The notes under the pieces are model-generated. The model saw nothing but the letters and a program-made list of their open reading frames with translations. It did not search any database and was not told the origin of the DNA. Position numbers and translations under genes: made by a program. A stretch of 64,000 nucleotides of DNA, taken from positions 126,356,001 to 126,420,000 of the forward strand of contig NC_043000.1 of the NCBI RefSeq assembly GCF_006345805.1, in the 5' to 3' direction. The first letter of the stretch is position 1; every line of letters begins with the position of its first letter. This document shows positions 63,508-64,000 of the stretch, piece after piece. This stretch comes from Octopus sinensis (Eukaryota).

Positions 63508-64000
63508 TTAAAGTGGATGAAACTTGTGGAAAAGAGTGACCTAGGAAGATATGGGACAAAGTAGTGAAGGCTGATATCAACATGTTCAGCCTCACAGATG
63601 AGATGACAAAGGACTAAGATGATGGTGAATCATTGTGTTCAAGAAGTCCTGTCTGTCACAGCAGAAGCGAGGTCCTAAAAGCATACTGCACCCTAACCCT
63701 GTCAAGCATTCCTCACATCTTATCTTCCTAACACCCATCCCTCCATCACTCTTCTAATTATAGCACTAATCCTTTTCTACTCTAGGCACAAGGCCCGAAT
63801 TTTTTTTTTTTTTTTGAGCAGGGGGGTCAGGGGCCAGTCAATTAGATCGAACCCAGTACACAACTGGTACTTAATTTATCGACCCCGAAAGGATGAAAGG
63901 CAAAGTCGACCTTGGCGGAAAATTGAACTCAGAACGTAAAGACAGACAAAATACCTCTGTGCATTTCGCCCGGCATGCTAACGTTTCTGCCAGTTCACCG

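Overview
AT-rich, repeat-dense eukaryotic DNA. The SINE/LINE families and microsatellite load look like an octopod cephalopod (Octopus-like); this is an inference from repeat content. One protein-coding gene can be assembled by hand on the + strand: a WD40-repeat protein of the WDR87/WDR97-like group. It has 12 well-supported GT-AG exons from 21899 to 62929 and two weaker upstream exons (12880-12927, 16680-16758). All splice phases match, giving about 552 aa, and the gene continues past the window. Nearly all long entries in the ORF track are microsatellite or transposon artefacts. The rest is mobile DNA: RTE LINE pieces (one with a PHD finger inside the RT region), R4/Dong-like 3' ends in (TAA)n, CR1/L2 relics, several Penelope-like elements (PLEs), three tRNA-derived SINE families, a Chapaev-like relic, a Merlin transposon with both TIRs, and MITE/foldback elements. 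A 17.5-kb intron holds a two-stage tandem triplication (25143-34492). The strongest leads are (i) six distinct hammerhead-ribozyme-like motifs in PLE termini, one of which (6417-6458, - strand) keeps a complete core with a U3-A8 swap, and (ii) a small element at 35140-35460 that joins a tRNA-like Pol III head to a hammerhead-like PLE-type tail. None of this was checked computationally. No CRISPR, rRNA or intact tRNA gene was found.
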